A DNA stretch of 64,000 nucleotides from Camelus dromedarius (GCF_036321535.1 NC_087437.1:109680001-109744000), one strand, 5' to 3'; positions 24,548 through 37,229 are shown, numbered from the stretch's first letter. Numbers and translations: made by a program. The notes: a model not told the origin generated them from the sequence alone.

Positions 24548-25086
24548 TGAGACAGGAGGGAAGAGGGCAGGGCACAGCCATTAAAGGAATGACACAGCAA
24601 TTGAAGATTCAGTAGACCTTGAGGTCCAAGAAGGTGGAAGATTTGACTTTCAGTAGACCTTGGACTCCTTTATATGCACACTGTAATACATTAGCATGCT
24701 AAATGGCACTCCCACAAGAGCCATGAAAGTTTCAAGGCTGACCATAAAAGGTCAAAAAGTGGGTGATGGCCCAGTTCCTGGGATTCCCAGTCCCTTCCCC
24801 AAAGTAATTGGAATAATCCTCCGACTTGTTAGCATGTGAAGTGTCAGAGCCCATAAATACCAGCAACCCCCACACCTCGTGGTTGCTCTCTCGCCTTCTG
24901 AGATGGCCCGCACTCTGTCTATGGAGTATGTATTTCTCTGAATAAATCTACCTTCACTCTACTATGGCTCGCTCCTGGATTCTTTCCTGCGAGAAGCCAA
25001 AGACTCTCATTTAGCAGGGCACGTCCCAAGGACTCCACCGAGACCTGGGACACAGCCATTCTCTTGCACCCCATTTTTCTGTATCA
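24548..25086 (+). mobile_element. ERV1 solo LTR, MER41-like
   Basis: TG(agaca)...(gtat)CA termini, cataaata TATA-like box, aataaa at about 24940, and gctcgctcctggattctttcctgcgagaagccaaag U5-like segment. CpGs retained, so relatively young. Confidence 0.8.
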
Positions 25087-26537
25087 GTCTCAGGCATGCA
25101 TTTTTCATCTGCTGTTTCAGGATGTTTTCTCTTAATAACAACATCAGCCTGGGTCTGTGTGCCCCCAGTTTCATCCCTGGCCTCTGTAGGCTTTCTGTAA
25201 CTCTGAGTAATTTTTTTTTAAAGGAGCAAACAATTCTACATAACTGTTGCACATTTATTGCTCCAGAAATTTGTCATTTATTTCTCAGGAGGAAAATCTG
25301 CCTCTTTCCTCGTGGCTTCATAGAGGCTGCAGAGCAAGTTGTTATGTAAAAATGAGATAAAATGTCACCTAAGGGACTTATAAATATTTTATAAACCCTT
25401 TCTTTGTCTTCCCCCTCTTTCCATATTTTCTTTAAGTATTTTTAGCTAGTAAAGTCTTATTTTCAAATATTTATGCAAAAAACAGCTGGAAAAGACTTAG
25501 TTTAATTACAATGCATTCTTGTTAATAGCTTGTAAAAGGCCATTGGTCCCTCTGGGCTTTTCTTTGGTATTGCTTAATTACGGATACACTAGAAGGAAAG
25601 ATTCCTCCGTTAACCAATGGGGATCTTTTTGATAAAGACTCCTAATCTTACAAAATGTCACTTCTGAACTCCCCTTAAGTGGTTAAGGAGCTCTTGCTCC
25701 TTTATGAGGCAAATAATCCTGTACCCTGGTGACTGAACAATAAGAAACAGCTGCAGTGCATGTTCGAGCTCCTCACTCCTCCACCCCAACTCATTCCCCC
25801 AAACTAATTTCTTGAGAGAGGAAGCCCTGAAGTTATCCTAGCCAAAGGCACACGCATCTCAGATCCTTGCTTTCTTTTCTATCCTAGAGAAGTCTGAACA
25901 ATCTCCCTTTCTCTTTGTTGAGCTGCCACTGAGAAACACTCACAGAGCCTTGTCTCCACCGGGCCTCACTTACAGCTCTCGTCTTAAGAAGACTCTTCCT
26001 CATCATAATTAGAGCTGACCTTTTTTGAGCTCTTGCTGTGCACCAGGGAGAACAGTTCAATTGGATCTTTTGAGTATGTGCGTACTCAAAAGCCTCGCTT
26101 TAGGGTGAGATGTTGAGAAATCAGTTCCAAGTAAAGGGCAACCACTCCTTCACAGCTGCCTTATTTCTGCCAAACAGGCCTTTTGATTTCCTTCTGAAAA
26201 AGCTGTTTATTGTTCTGGTTATTTTTGTCGCCTTGCTAGGAGATGTAAAAGCTTCGCTGTCTGTGGTTCTGCAAGCTATGCTGGGAGGTGAAGTGTATCA
26301 GCTCTTTTGGTTAATTCTTCCCATCCTCCTTAGTCCAGACCTTTGCAGGGTGTTGCCAAGCAGGCTAGCCACCTCCTTCCTTGCAGCTCCTTTGCAGGCA
26401 TTCCAGGCTGCAACCATCTACAATGTGCTTTGCCAACATTATCTCACCCACTTTCTTCCAAGCAGGGTTTTGTTTAATTTTCTTCTTCTCCTGATGCCTC
26501 CGTCAACCTCTGAGCCAGCCCACATTCTCTTTGCAAT

Positions 26538-26951
26538 TGTGAAACTGTATATATCCCCTGCTGGACCAGTGTCTGCTTCACCTACACCCTCCTCACATGA
26601 CTGACCTTCTTACATACTTGCCCCAGGCCCCAGCTAATGATTGGCCTAACTTTAGCCACCAAGGTATCTTATCGAAGGGGCGCTGAGGGGCTTGCCCCTC
26701 TGCTAATTTCTCTGGTAACCAAGGAATCAATCTGAGGTCAGTTCCCCCTACCCCTGCCCCTGGGAGCAAAGACTGCCACCATGTCCTGCCCCCCATCCAC
26801 TGCATATGGTGGGGTGTCACTCCAGGACCTTGCTTCAGACATGTAATGTCCCCCTATCCATTAAACCATTGATGTTGCTAACTCAGGGCTTTCTTCGCTC
26901 TTGAAGCTGGGCAGGTACAGGCCTTGCAGGTCTGCGGGGTGCAGCCCAGCA
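26538..26951 (+). mobile_element. ERVL solo LTR, MER74-group-like
   Basis: TG...CA termini, attaaa poly(A) signal, terminus gcaggtctgcggggtgcagcccagca. Confidence 0.65.
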
Positions 26952-26970
26952 GTCTCCAGGAGAGCAGAGG

Positions 26971-27157
26971 TAGGATCACCCAATCTAGCAAATAAAAGTA
27001 CAGGACACCCGGTTATATTTTAACATCAGATAAATAACACTTCTTTTTGTATAAGTATGCCCCATGTCATAGTGACGATATACTATATTGGAGAAAGAAT
27101 TTGTTTATCTGAAATAAAAATATAACTAGGTATCTTATAGCTTATCTGGCAGTCTTA
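26971..27157. mobile_element. MER53 palindromic DNA element
   Basis: tagcaaataaaagtacaggacacccggtta...tcagataaa / tttatctgaa...ttatctggcagtctta; flanked on both sides by agagg. Confidence 0.8.
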
Positions 27158-28884
27158 AGAGGGGTGTCTCACCTCCCTGCACAGGCAGGCTGCTATCTTT
27201 AAGTAGAACTTTCTCCGAGGTTTAGGATGCTCCCTTTCACATCTCTGGCAGTCCTAACCACCGAGAATGTATGAAAATGAACCCAAGGTAATTGTCCACT
27301 TCCTCGTAATCTTTTCATTTCTCTGGTAGCTCTTCAGTTATATTTCTTATCACTGTGTTCGATAAATTATAACATTGCTTACCCTACGTGACCTTTCCTG
27401 GGGTTTTTTCTGAGACAGTAATAGCCTCAAGGCTAAAATCCATGTGCTTAGAGAACCGTGTGTATTCATGTTGACACAGAATCCCTTTTGAAGTTCAGGT
27501 TAAATAGAAACAATCCTTTCATAGTTCAGGCAGTTTTACCAGAAGGGTAAGACAGGGATGTTGTTTCTTTTTCACTTATCTTAATTAATCTGGATTGCTT
27601 TCATTTAGCTTTGCACGTTCCTTCATGGAGCAAGTAAATGAGAGCATAGTTATATAGTTACATGTGCAGATGGCGTGGCTTGTCATGAAATAGAATGGAC
27701 TTCATTGACAACTAGCCATGCCATTCAACTGCTGTCTGGAAAAAACAAAAGGCAATCAAGTATTCTAGAAACAATTTCATTTTTTTGGGTGAATGCTCTA
27801 CATCATTTATCCAACTTTTATATCTAACTGCTTTCAACAACTAATGAATGTTTTCATTTATCTTTGAATTAATTGTGCAAGACTTTACTTTGGAGAAACA
27901 CCTAAAATTTATATTGCTTACTATTTGGCAAGCTCTGGTTGTTAATAAGGTGTGTGTGCATTGTTTTTTTAATGATCTAAGATAATTGGTTACATTGACT
28001 TTACATTTTTTCTCAAAGTTACCGCCACAGGCGCTGGTGCTGAGTTGAAAGGTCTTGAGTGGTTGTTGGATTGTTTGTTAAAAGTGAGGCCCAAGTTAGT
28101 TCGGGGTGACAGTTTAGACCCTGTTTGCAAGTCCTTCCTGGGATTCCTTGTGTGGAAGCATGGTGACTTCTGTTTAAAGTGTCTGCCTGCTGCAGGTTCC
28201 TCACGGCTCAGATTTCCATGTGGGATAATTTCATGTTCTCATAGGAAAATAGACCCAAGAACTTGTCCCTACTTAACACTTTGCCAAAGCTCAGGCAAGA
28301 GAAATACCGTGAATCGACAAATAACACCTAATCCCCTATGATCCACACTCAGTCCGCATGGAAGCCAGAACAGTGAGGAACCTGGAATTTATCTAGGCCA
28401 TTTTATATTTTTCCACTAAATTGGCATCCTCACCTTGTCACACTTTGTTTTTTCTTGTGCAAATAACTCCCAAAGAAACAGTTACGTGAATCACGGTCAT
28501 ATTTACCACCAGAATATTGATAGGGTGTTGTACGTTCCATTACTCGATGTCTTCCATTTACAGAGACATAGATTTATTTCTCTTGGATCCTCATACCAAG
28601 ATAAACTATGTTTCTCCTTGGAAATCCATTTGTTTTTATCTTCTGAATACTGTGAATCTGATGACATGTTTACATGTCTTCAACGGTTGCTGGAAAGCTC
28701 AGAGCAAATTTTGCAGATGTTGAGCAAAATTTAGCTCAGAGCTAAAATCATTTTTAGCCTTAGGTACAGCACCCAAGGCATGCTTTTTTTTTGACACTAA
28801 TCTCATCTCAGGTTTCATTTTACTTTATTTTCTTTTTGTTCTAATTTTCTCACCAATTTTTCTTTTAAGAAGTTTATTTATTTA

Positions 28885-28922
28885 TACAATATTGTAAACT
28901 GACTATAACTCAATTTAAAAAA
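28885..28922 (+). mobile_element. Ultra-short (about 38 bp) L1 3'-tip insertion with 15-bp TSD
   Basis: aagtttatttattta at 28870-28884 and 28923-28937 flanks tacaatattgtaaactgactataactcaatttaaaaaa. Confidence 0.8.
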
Positions 28923-29685
28923 AAGTTTATTTATTTAGAGTAGTTGTAGGTTCAAAAAAAATTAAGAGGAAGGTACAGAGATTTCGCATATATCCTCTGT
29001 CCCGTGTGTGCATGGTCCCCACGATTATCAGCATCCATCTCACCAGAGTGGTACATTCATCACAATTCATGAACCCTCATTAGGGTTCACTCTAGGTGGT
29101 ATGCAGTCTGTGGGTTTAGACAAATGTATAATGACACATATCCATCATTATAGGGTCACACAGAGTATTTTCACTGACCTAAAAATCCCTCGCACTTTAC
29201 CTGTTCATCCTTTTCCAACCACTGATCTGTCTACTGCTCCATTGTATTTGACTTTTCCAAAACGTCACATAGTTAGAATCATGCAGTATGTAGCCTTTTC
29301 AGATTGGCTTCTTCCACTTAGTAACATGACTTTAAGGTTTCTTCACGTTCCTCCGTGGCTTCATAGCTCATTTCTTTTGAGCACCGAATAATTTCCTATT
29401 GGAGGTACCACAGTCTATTTATCCTTTTGCCTGCTGAAGGACACCTTGGTTGCTTCTGAGTTTTGACAATTACAAATAAAGCCACTACGAACATTTGTGT
29501 GCAGGTTTTTAAGTAGACCTAAGTTTTCTGCTTCCTTGGGTAAATATCAAGGGCATGATTGCTGCATTATATGGTGAGAGGATATTTAGTTTTGTACAAA
29601 ATTGCTAAACTGTCTTCCAAAGTGACTGTACCACTGCTTTTCCATCAGCAATAAATGAGAGTTCCTGTAGCTCCATATCCTCAGT
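28923..29685 (-). mobile_element. L1MC-type 3' end
   Basis: gaggaaggtacagagatttc...caccagagtggtacatt...gtagccttttcagattggcttcttccacttagtaa. Confidence 0.85.
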
Positions 29686-30444
29686 CTCATCTATTTTAAT
29701 ACCTTTCATTTTTTAGGCACCAAGATGAAAGACATTACATGTAGAACACAAAAAGCACAGGCAATTAAAATTAATTAAATCAATCAAAATAGTTAAAAAA
29801 ATTTTTTTTAAATACCAAGGCAGAAAAACCTTCGAAATTTTATTGTGTACCTTTCCCTACATACATGTGTATACACACATATTTATGTAAAATAAACCAC
29901 ACATATTTTGTACAGATTAATCTCATATATATTTTTATAAAATGCTTTTTTTAATGTAAACATCAATCACAATTTCCCCAATATGGCTACATGGCTTTGT
30001 ATTTTACGAATATTTTAATTTACTTAAACATTTTTTTATGTTATTGGACACTTAGGTAGTTTCCAGATTTTGCCATTAAAAATAACTAACTCCCTTTCTA
30101 GCAACTTTTTTTGCACTTTACCCTAAATGTACACTTAGACTGATACTCTTAACCATGACTGTGCATCAAAATTATTCTGCCTAATCATCGCTTTTCATGT
30201 TTTGAGACCAAAAATATTTCACCTTTTCTAGAGCGAATTCCTAGGCAACCCTGACCCACTAGCCTAGAGAGAATTAAGAATGTTTTCCTATATGTTTCCG
30301 TAGACTTTTTATATATCCTTGAGAGATGCTGAGCCGTTTTTGAAAAGTATTTATTTCAATAACTATGCATTGTACTAAAACTGGTTTTAATCAGAAATGT
30401 GCATCAGAACATTACCCTTGTGGAGTTGAAAAACACTTTCTGAG

Positions 30445-31100
30445 TTCTGATTTAGCTAAGAATGTAGAAAACTTTAAGAGAACATAACTTCCAACCTGAC
30501 AATGAGACAAAGCTGGATAATTTACTAAATTTTATATATATATATATTTTTTTTTTTTTTAAGTTCATCAGAGAGCTGGTATCCCAAGGCAATCAAATGA
30601 GCTAGATTTCAGAGTGACAAGCCATTCCAAGGGATTATTAACACATGACTTGATTCACGTCAAAAGCACATGAGGAAAAGGTGGCCATTATGGAAACTAA
30701 GAAAAGAAATCAGCGAAAATTTTAATAAACTCCTAAAGGCCAAGTGTGACCTAGTGCTTCTATCTGGAATAGCTGAAAGTCTTAGGCACAAAGGGAGTTT
30801 GAATCCATTTCCAAGCTCTTTTGAAGGACTTTCGCCAAGCACTCAAACTGGGGCAAAGAGAGAGAGTCCCGTCAGTGGAATCTGTGTGCAAGTGGTGATT
30901 AGCGACCACTGGCAGACAGGAAGGGAACACTGCTCGCGTCCCCAGATCCTTTTCTAATGGGGAAGGGCATGAAACACTCCTATCCCCTGGATTTAAAGAG
31001 CCATTGCTTCTGTGCAGGGGACAGAGGTAAAACTCTCTAGAAGGAAAGAAACCCTCACAGGACCTGGATCCTACAGGAAAATGAAATTGAGTTCTTCTCC
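30445..31100 (+). mobile_element. Ancient L1M 5' UTR fragment
   Basis: acttccaacctgacaatgagacaaagctggataattta...catcagagagctgg resembles old L1M 5' ends. Confidence 0.5.
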
Positions 31101-31183
31101 CTCTAGAAAGTGACAGAAAGTCTCTCTCTCGCTCTCTCTCTTTTTTTTTTCTTTTTTTTTTTTCTTTTGTGATGGCAGTACTG

Positions 31184-31602
31184 TGTTGTCGATTTGAGTA
31201 CAAAAAAATCAATTATTAAAATGGAGGCAACAGGCCTCAAATGGAGTCACTTGTGCTAAACCCCCTTTCAGCAAACCATGATTTAATGCTTAACCCAACT
31301 GCAGTTTCAACTTCCCCCAGGCATGGAACTTTGAATCAGTCAACCTGGAATTGCCTGGTCAGCACAAGTGAGGTAATCCACTTGACAGACCCCTGCTGGA
31401 AGGGAGACCTTTCTTGAAACAATGCATTCTCTGCTCATCATTTCCTTTTTCCACCCTCTTTCTACCATTAAAACACTTTCCTTTCCAAAACTCTGCAGAT
31501 CTCCTTTCTGTTTGCTAGGTGGGATGCTGCCCAATTCATGAAGGTTTTAATAAAGTCAATTTGATCTTTAAATTTACTCAGTTGAATTTTTATCATTTAA
31601 CA
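31184..31602 (+). mobile_element. ERV1 solo LTR, MER34/39-like
   Basis: aaatggagtcacttgtgctaa...gggatgctgcccaattcatgaa...aataaagtcaatttgatctttaaatttactcagttgaatttt...ttaaCA. Confidence 0.75.
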
Positions 31603-31707
31603 CAATCTATCCTAACTCTTAGAATACTTCTGTCCTGGTTTTTTTGTTGAACTCTAAATTTTCAGTTCTGATGACTATTCTATGTTTTTTGATGTGCCAT
31701 TTGAAAA

Positions 31708-31710
<3 letters not shown>

Positions 31711-31752
<42 letters not shown>
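31711..31752. repeat. (GT)21 microsatellite
   Basis: Seen directly. Confidence 0.98.
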
Positions 31753-31754
<2 letters not shown>

Positions 31755-33138
31755 CTATTAGCTGTGTATGTAGTCAAGAGGAGCTGTAAATATATAAAGA
31801 CTGTATTGGTGAATTGATCCTTGCTTGTGAGCCTACCGGCAGCTAGTGTGGTGTATGAAAAATGACCTTAATGAAGAGTCTTTCTTTTCCAGGCCTTGTG
31901 TTTGAGAGCGATGCTGTGGCCCAAGGTGAGGGTATCCTCACTTTAATGCCATCTTCTGTCCCAGAGGCCATTTTTGCTTTAGTTACCCCAACTGACATTG
32001 GAATAGACTCGATGTTTTATTCATGAAAGTAGATCTTGTGAATATAGCTCCCAATACACCACAGAGAGAAAAATATTGTTACAATTGCACCTAAACTAAT
32101 CTGTAGTTGTGCAACAAATTGACACACAAATTAAATGTTCACTGCTAATGCCTGCTTAACTTCATAATCATACTCCAGTTTGGAATTCTGGAAACATAAT
32201 TAGTTTAGCTCAGATTAGCTCATCAAAGATTACTGAAAATTGCAATCTATCAAGTCTTCTATCCTTAAACAATATCTGTCACACCCAGCGAAGATTTTAA
32301 GGTTAAATCTGCAGCTATGTATCTATTTTTTTATGTTTTATTAGATTTAATGAATTGCTAGGTACTTCTTGTCTCCTTGAGAACTGGTTTATCCCACTGG
32401 GGCATGTCTCCACCTCCTATGTTTCCTTCATTCTCTATGAGAAGTCATCCTTGTGCTGAAAAACTTCCTGTTTTCCATATGATTGATCTTTTAGGTGGTG
32501 GGGGAGTCCTCACTGAAACAGTGGTTAGAAAAATCACGCCCTTTCATCTTTGGTTTCATCTTCTGAGAGAAAGAAGAATTGAGCTATTTCACCAGCTGTT
32601 GTGAACTGTTCAAATTTCCTCTGGGATGAAAAAAAAAAAAAAAGTTGCTTTCAAAGCTCTGAGGAGTGTAAAAAATGCTCCCAGGCTCAAGAAAGTAAAT
32701 AAAAGGCAATGTAGACTCTCAAAGACTGCTCTGGGGGCCTGAGATAAAGTCTTAGTCACTGTGAGAATTACTGAAACAAAAACCTGTGGAAAATACAGAC
32801 AAAATTGGAAAGAATATCTGTTAAATCAGCTTAAGTGTAGCAATACCGTTCATGACCCTAATGAAGTAAAAGATTGAAAATATATATATTTTGTCCGAAT
32901 TCTTTCTAGAATCTGTGAGCTTGCAAGTTAAACATAGGAGTTACTGATTCTTGAACCAGATTTATTAATATGGACTCCTAGACTTGCTCTTTAATCTCTG
33001 TTCATAGATTCCTATTTTCACAACAGGCTCTCACCTTATCTTTTAGATTCTGAACTTGCCACTTCAAATCTATTCTGCATGCTCACATGAAAAATTAAAA
33101 CATAAAAAAAAATGGAAGGTACCGTTTTCATAACATTC

Positions 33139-33939
33139 TGTGGAGCACAGGCCCCAAGATGACCTCCAACCTTCCCCCTCTTCTGGGAGTCACGCCCCTG
33201 TGTAGCCTTTCTCACAGTGACTTGTATTTATTCTGGGTAATTAGTAGTATATACAGCAGAAATGGTAGTTGTGTCACTTAGGAGATCAGACATTTGGAGG
33301 CGGGGAGGTATTTTTATTTAATTATTTATGTATTTAATTGAGGTATAGTTGATGTCAAATATTATATAAGTTTCAGATGAACAGCATAGTGATTCACAAT
33401 TTTTCAAGGTCATACTCCATATATAGTTATTATAAAATATTGGCTATATATGAGACTTGATTTTACAAGACTATTGTTTCCCCTTTGGGTGTAATCTCCT
33501 ACTAGCTCTCTCTCTCTTTCTCTGTCTTCCTCTCCCTGTCTCTCTCTGTCCTCATCTGTGTCTCTGTGTGTCTGTCTCTACTCCTTCCTCCCTCTGTCTC
33601 TGTCTCTCTGTCTGTCTGTCTCTCTTTTTGTCTGTCTTTGCTTGCTCTGGGGGAAGCCAACTACCATGTAGTGAGGACCCTCAGGTAGCCTGTGGGGAGG
33701 CCCACGTGTCAAATTCCTGAGCCCAGCAATGGGCTTGGAAACCAATCCTTCAACTCCAGCCAGGCTTTGAGATAAGACTACAATCCAGCTGACAGTGTGG
33801 ATGCAACCTGAGAGCTCCTGAGCTGGAACCATCCAGCCAAACCTCTCCCTGATCCCTCACCCTCCAAAATCTGAGAGAATAAATACATACTGTTCTAAGC
33901 TGCTAAGTGTGGAGTCATTTATAATATACGACTGATACA
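33139..33939 (+). mobile_element. MLT1F-type LTR containing an L1 fragment and a (CT)-rich expansion
   Basis: tgtgg...aagatgacctccaa...ctctgggggaagcca...ggggaggcccacgtg...taagctgctaagt...actgataCA. Confidence 0.8.
33310..33450 (-). mobile_element. L1 3' end inserted in the MLT1F LTR
   Basis: aattgaggtatagttgatg...ataagtttcagatgaacagcatagtgattcacaatttt...ataaaatattggctatat. Confidence 0.8.
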
Positions 33940-34310
33940 GATTTCTTAAAACAAACAACTTCGTGCCTCCCTATTTTCAACTTTCTTAACATTCAAATTC
34001 TCTACCTACTTCCATGCCCCTCCACATTATACCTTACCTACTCTTTTAAGTCTACTTTGTTATTCACCTCATATGAGTGCTGTCAGACCAGAGTACTTAC
34101 CCCCCAACTGCTAAGGCTCCATCCTCCTTAATTTTACCGATATCCCTTCTTCCATGCTAAAGTATCTTTCCTTCTAATTTTATCTTACTACTTAAATAAA
34201 GTCTAGCCTTTAAAATCAATGTCCTTCTTGAATTCTTCTAGAATTAAACCAGATCATTCTAGTAACTTTTTTGTTTGACTCTGAGACAGTTAGAAATAAA
34301 TCATATAGTC

Positions 34311-34843
34311 TTAGAATTCACCTGTGAAGCCATCTGGCTCTGGACTTTGGTTTGTTGGAAATATTTTTATTATCGATTCAGTGTTATTACTGGTATCAGT
34401 CTGTTTATGTTTTCTATTTCTTTACTGATTTAGTCTTGGGAGAGTGTACATTTCTGATAATTTATCCATTTCTTCTAGGATGTTCATATTGGTTGTCAAA
34501 CTCAGATATTTTTTGGGAGTCCGTCTTGTGGGTGCAGGTCCCAAGGGTTAGGGTGCCTGATGTGAGGTGCAAACCCCTTGCTCCTTAGGGATAAGCTCTG
34601 AATTTGGAAGACCCCTCCTGATTGTGAGTCACTGCACTGGGGGTGGGGCTTTGGCAAGCCCATGTCTCAGCCTCTTCTAACCATCTCAATGTGGCCCTTT
34701 TATTCTTTGCTATGGATGAGCTGTTCAGCTGGTTTTCAGGTCTTTTTCATAGGAAATTTTTCCACATGTAGCTATAGATTTGTTGTGTCCCTGGGTATAG
34801 ATAAATCAGGGCCTTTCTATGCCATCATCTTGAACTGCCTCCC
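34311..34843 (-). mobile_element. L1: 5' end fused directly to an ORF2 fragment
   Basis: 34843-34497 is an L1 5' end (minus strand gggaggcagttcaagatga...); 34496-34311 is ORF2 (plus strand tagaattcacctgtgaagccatctgg; tttatccatttcttctagg). Confidence 0.75.
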
Positions 34844-35559
34844 TAAATTCAATGTTTTACTCAAATAATGTGCACAAAAATTGATATTTATTGGCATGTT
34901 ATATCTATTCAATAACACTAACATATCTAAAGAAAAAAGATACAAATAGAAGGTTCTCATTCACAAGGTACTTTGAAATAAAGAGTAGAGTACTGAACTC
35001 AGTACTCTAATTCAGCTTTGCTCAGGACAGAAGAAATCTTGATTTAGGTACATCTTATATGCATTGCAAGTTTATCCCTTTATTGAAGGCTCTGTAGCCT
35101 TGAACCCTTTCACACTGTCTTAGGTGAGGACCTTTTGTCAATTCATCTAAATTCCTTTTCCTTTGTTTATGTTTAAAAACAAATAGCTTTTTATTTCGAT
35201 TTTTATTTGACTTAATTCCTAGTCTATTTACCAAGATAAAGAGATAGACTGTGGCTAAGTAGGTGATGGAGAATTTGAGTTTTACTATTTTCTGAAAGTT
35301 ATCTCACACTCAAACTGACTTTCTGATGTCTACTTTTTAAAAAATGTGTATTAGTGCATGAGTATTGCTTTCACTGTTTCTCAACTCTTTGAGAGAAATT
35401 AGCCTCTGGTGTCTTCAAAGAAGAAAACAAATTTTGCAATTTGACACTATCTTAAGTAATTGTTTCCCAACAAACTCAGCACTGTTTCCCTCAATAATAG
35501 AAACCCAACCCTTGGCAAACTTCTGTAGTGTAGTTGCCTTTTATAGTAATGCTCATATT

Positions 35560-35710
35560 ACCTTTTGATGTATAATTGTCCATACACACACTTTATCTCC
35601 CCTACTGTTTGTAAAGTGCTTGAGGGCAGAGATTTATGTCTTCTACCTCATTTTGTGAAGTGCCTGGCACACAGTGAGTTGCATATTGAATGTATTTGAG
35701 TTAAACTGAG
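35560..35710 (+). mobile_element. L2 3' end
   Basis: tgtaaagtgcttgagggcagaga...gtgcctggcacacagtgag. Confidence 0.7.
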
Positions 35711-37229
35711 CTGATAAACTTCTTGGTGTCCCAGATCTAGTACTTAAGGCAGGAAGTGTCCTATAGGTGAGCGTAAACAAACACTCACAGCTTGGCTACT
35801 GAAGGAAAACTTTAACGAAAAGACGATTCTCATTGGCATGCCCTAAAGAGTATTCCTCCCCTTTTCTCAACAGGCTGTCCTGTTAAAATGAAGCATTTTC
35901 CCCTTGGGGCCCATGGAATAGCAAAACAGCATACTTAGTTGTAAGACAGTGATGACTGCCCTTCAACTGTCTTGGCCCTGAAGGTTTCTCTCCTCTCTAC
36001 AGAAGAACACGTGTGGTTCTAAGGTAGAAATGAAAGTAAATGCAAGGGATAAAATTTTAGGGTCTGTGTATTTATCTGCCAACCTGTTATTTTTGTTCCT
36101 ATTGGGGAAATGACTTTTTGGCGAGGATTTATTTACTTCAACTTGGCACAAATTATATAAGCGGGAACATTTATTAATATTAATATTAATAATATTATTA
36201 ATAATGGATATATTCAAAGCATTTTGCATAGTGTGGCTCTTAATTCATATCCAAAACCTCCCTCTGTTCTCCACTCTTCTACCTTGTCATTTGATGGTTT
36301 GAGACATGCTGCAATGAGAAAATTACCCTAACCTTTACACCATTTTCCTCTGGGAACAGTATTTCAGATGGCTTTCTTGAAGTTCTAGAGCTTAAATCTG
36401 CTTTTATATCCTCTCTCATATTTAATGCAATGTCTTTTTTATTTTTAATCTCTCTTTTTCCCACTTTTTCATTTTACATATTTTCTACCTTAATATCAAT
36501 TTTAAAGCATATCTTTTTGGAAAAACGGTAAATCTGTTTGTTTCTTTAAGATTCAATTTTTGATTTAATTTATTTTAAATACTCCTACTTACTGCTTCAT
36601 TTTTCTCTATAGACAAGCTGGGAATATTGGGCTTATCTCTGCTCCTTTTAAACAATTTTAAGACTTTTTTTTTTCCCACTTATTACCTTCTATTTCCATT
36701 ACAGGTGAAATTTCAATGACTCTCATCCTATGCTATCTAACTAAAAGTTAATTTTGATTTTACTCAATATTTTTTGAGTTTCAAATTCCCAACAAAAGCT
36801 TTGACATGCACATACTTATGTACATTTATCAGATCAACTCTTGCTTTGTGACGTCTGGATAGTACACAGGTAAAATTTTAAGAATCTTTCATTGTAGATT
36901 TCTGTCAGTATTTCTTTAACTATAGCATACATCTATTTCATTTGGAAGATTTCTGGGTCCCCAAAGAAGGGATGCTGATTTAGTAGGTTGGTCTGAGATG
37001 GAGTCTAGAAACAGATGCTTTTTTAATCAGTATCCCAGGTCATTCTGATGACTACATGCATTGACATAGACTAATTATAAGGTACCCAAGAGAAAAATTC
37101 TATATTGAAAATCTGGTACCTTCAATGAATATTAATCAAAGTATTCTACAACTCTTTTTGTTTTACATAAACTTTTCAAAGAGCCTTTGAAATCTTGGAA
37201 AGGTTATTTGTATAATTTTTTGACAAGCA

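Noticed and set aside
26110..26604. 164-aa hydrophobic ORF as a membrane protein
   Set aside because: No family resemblance, runs into an LTR, and the hydrophobicity follows from pyrimidine-rich composition.
29008..29391. 127-aa ORF
   Set aside because: Antisense of an L1MC 3' UTR.
30760..31212. 150-aa minus-strand ORF
   Set aside because: Spans an LTR edge, a T/CT low-complexity tract and an old L1 5' UTR.
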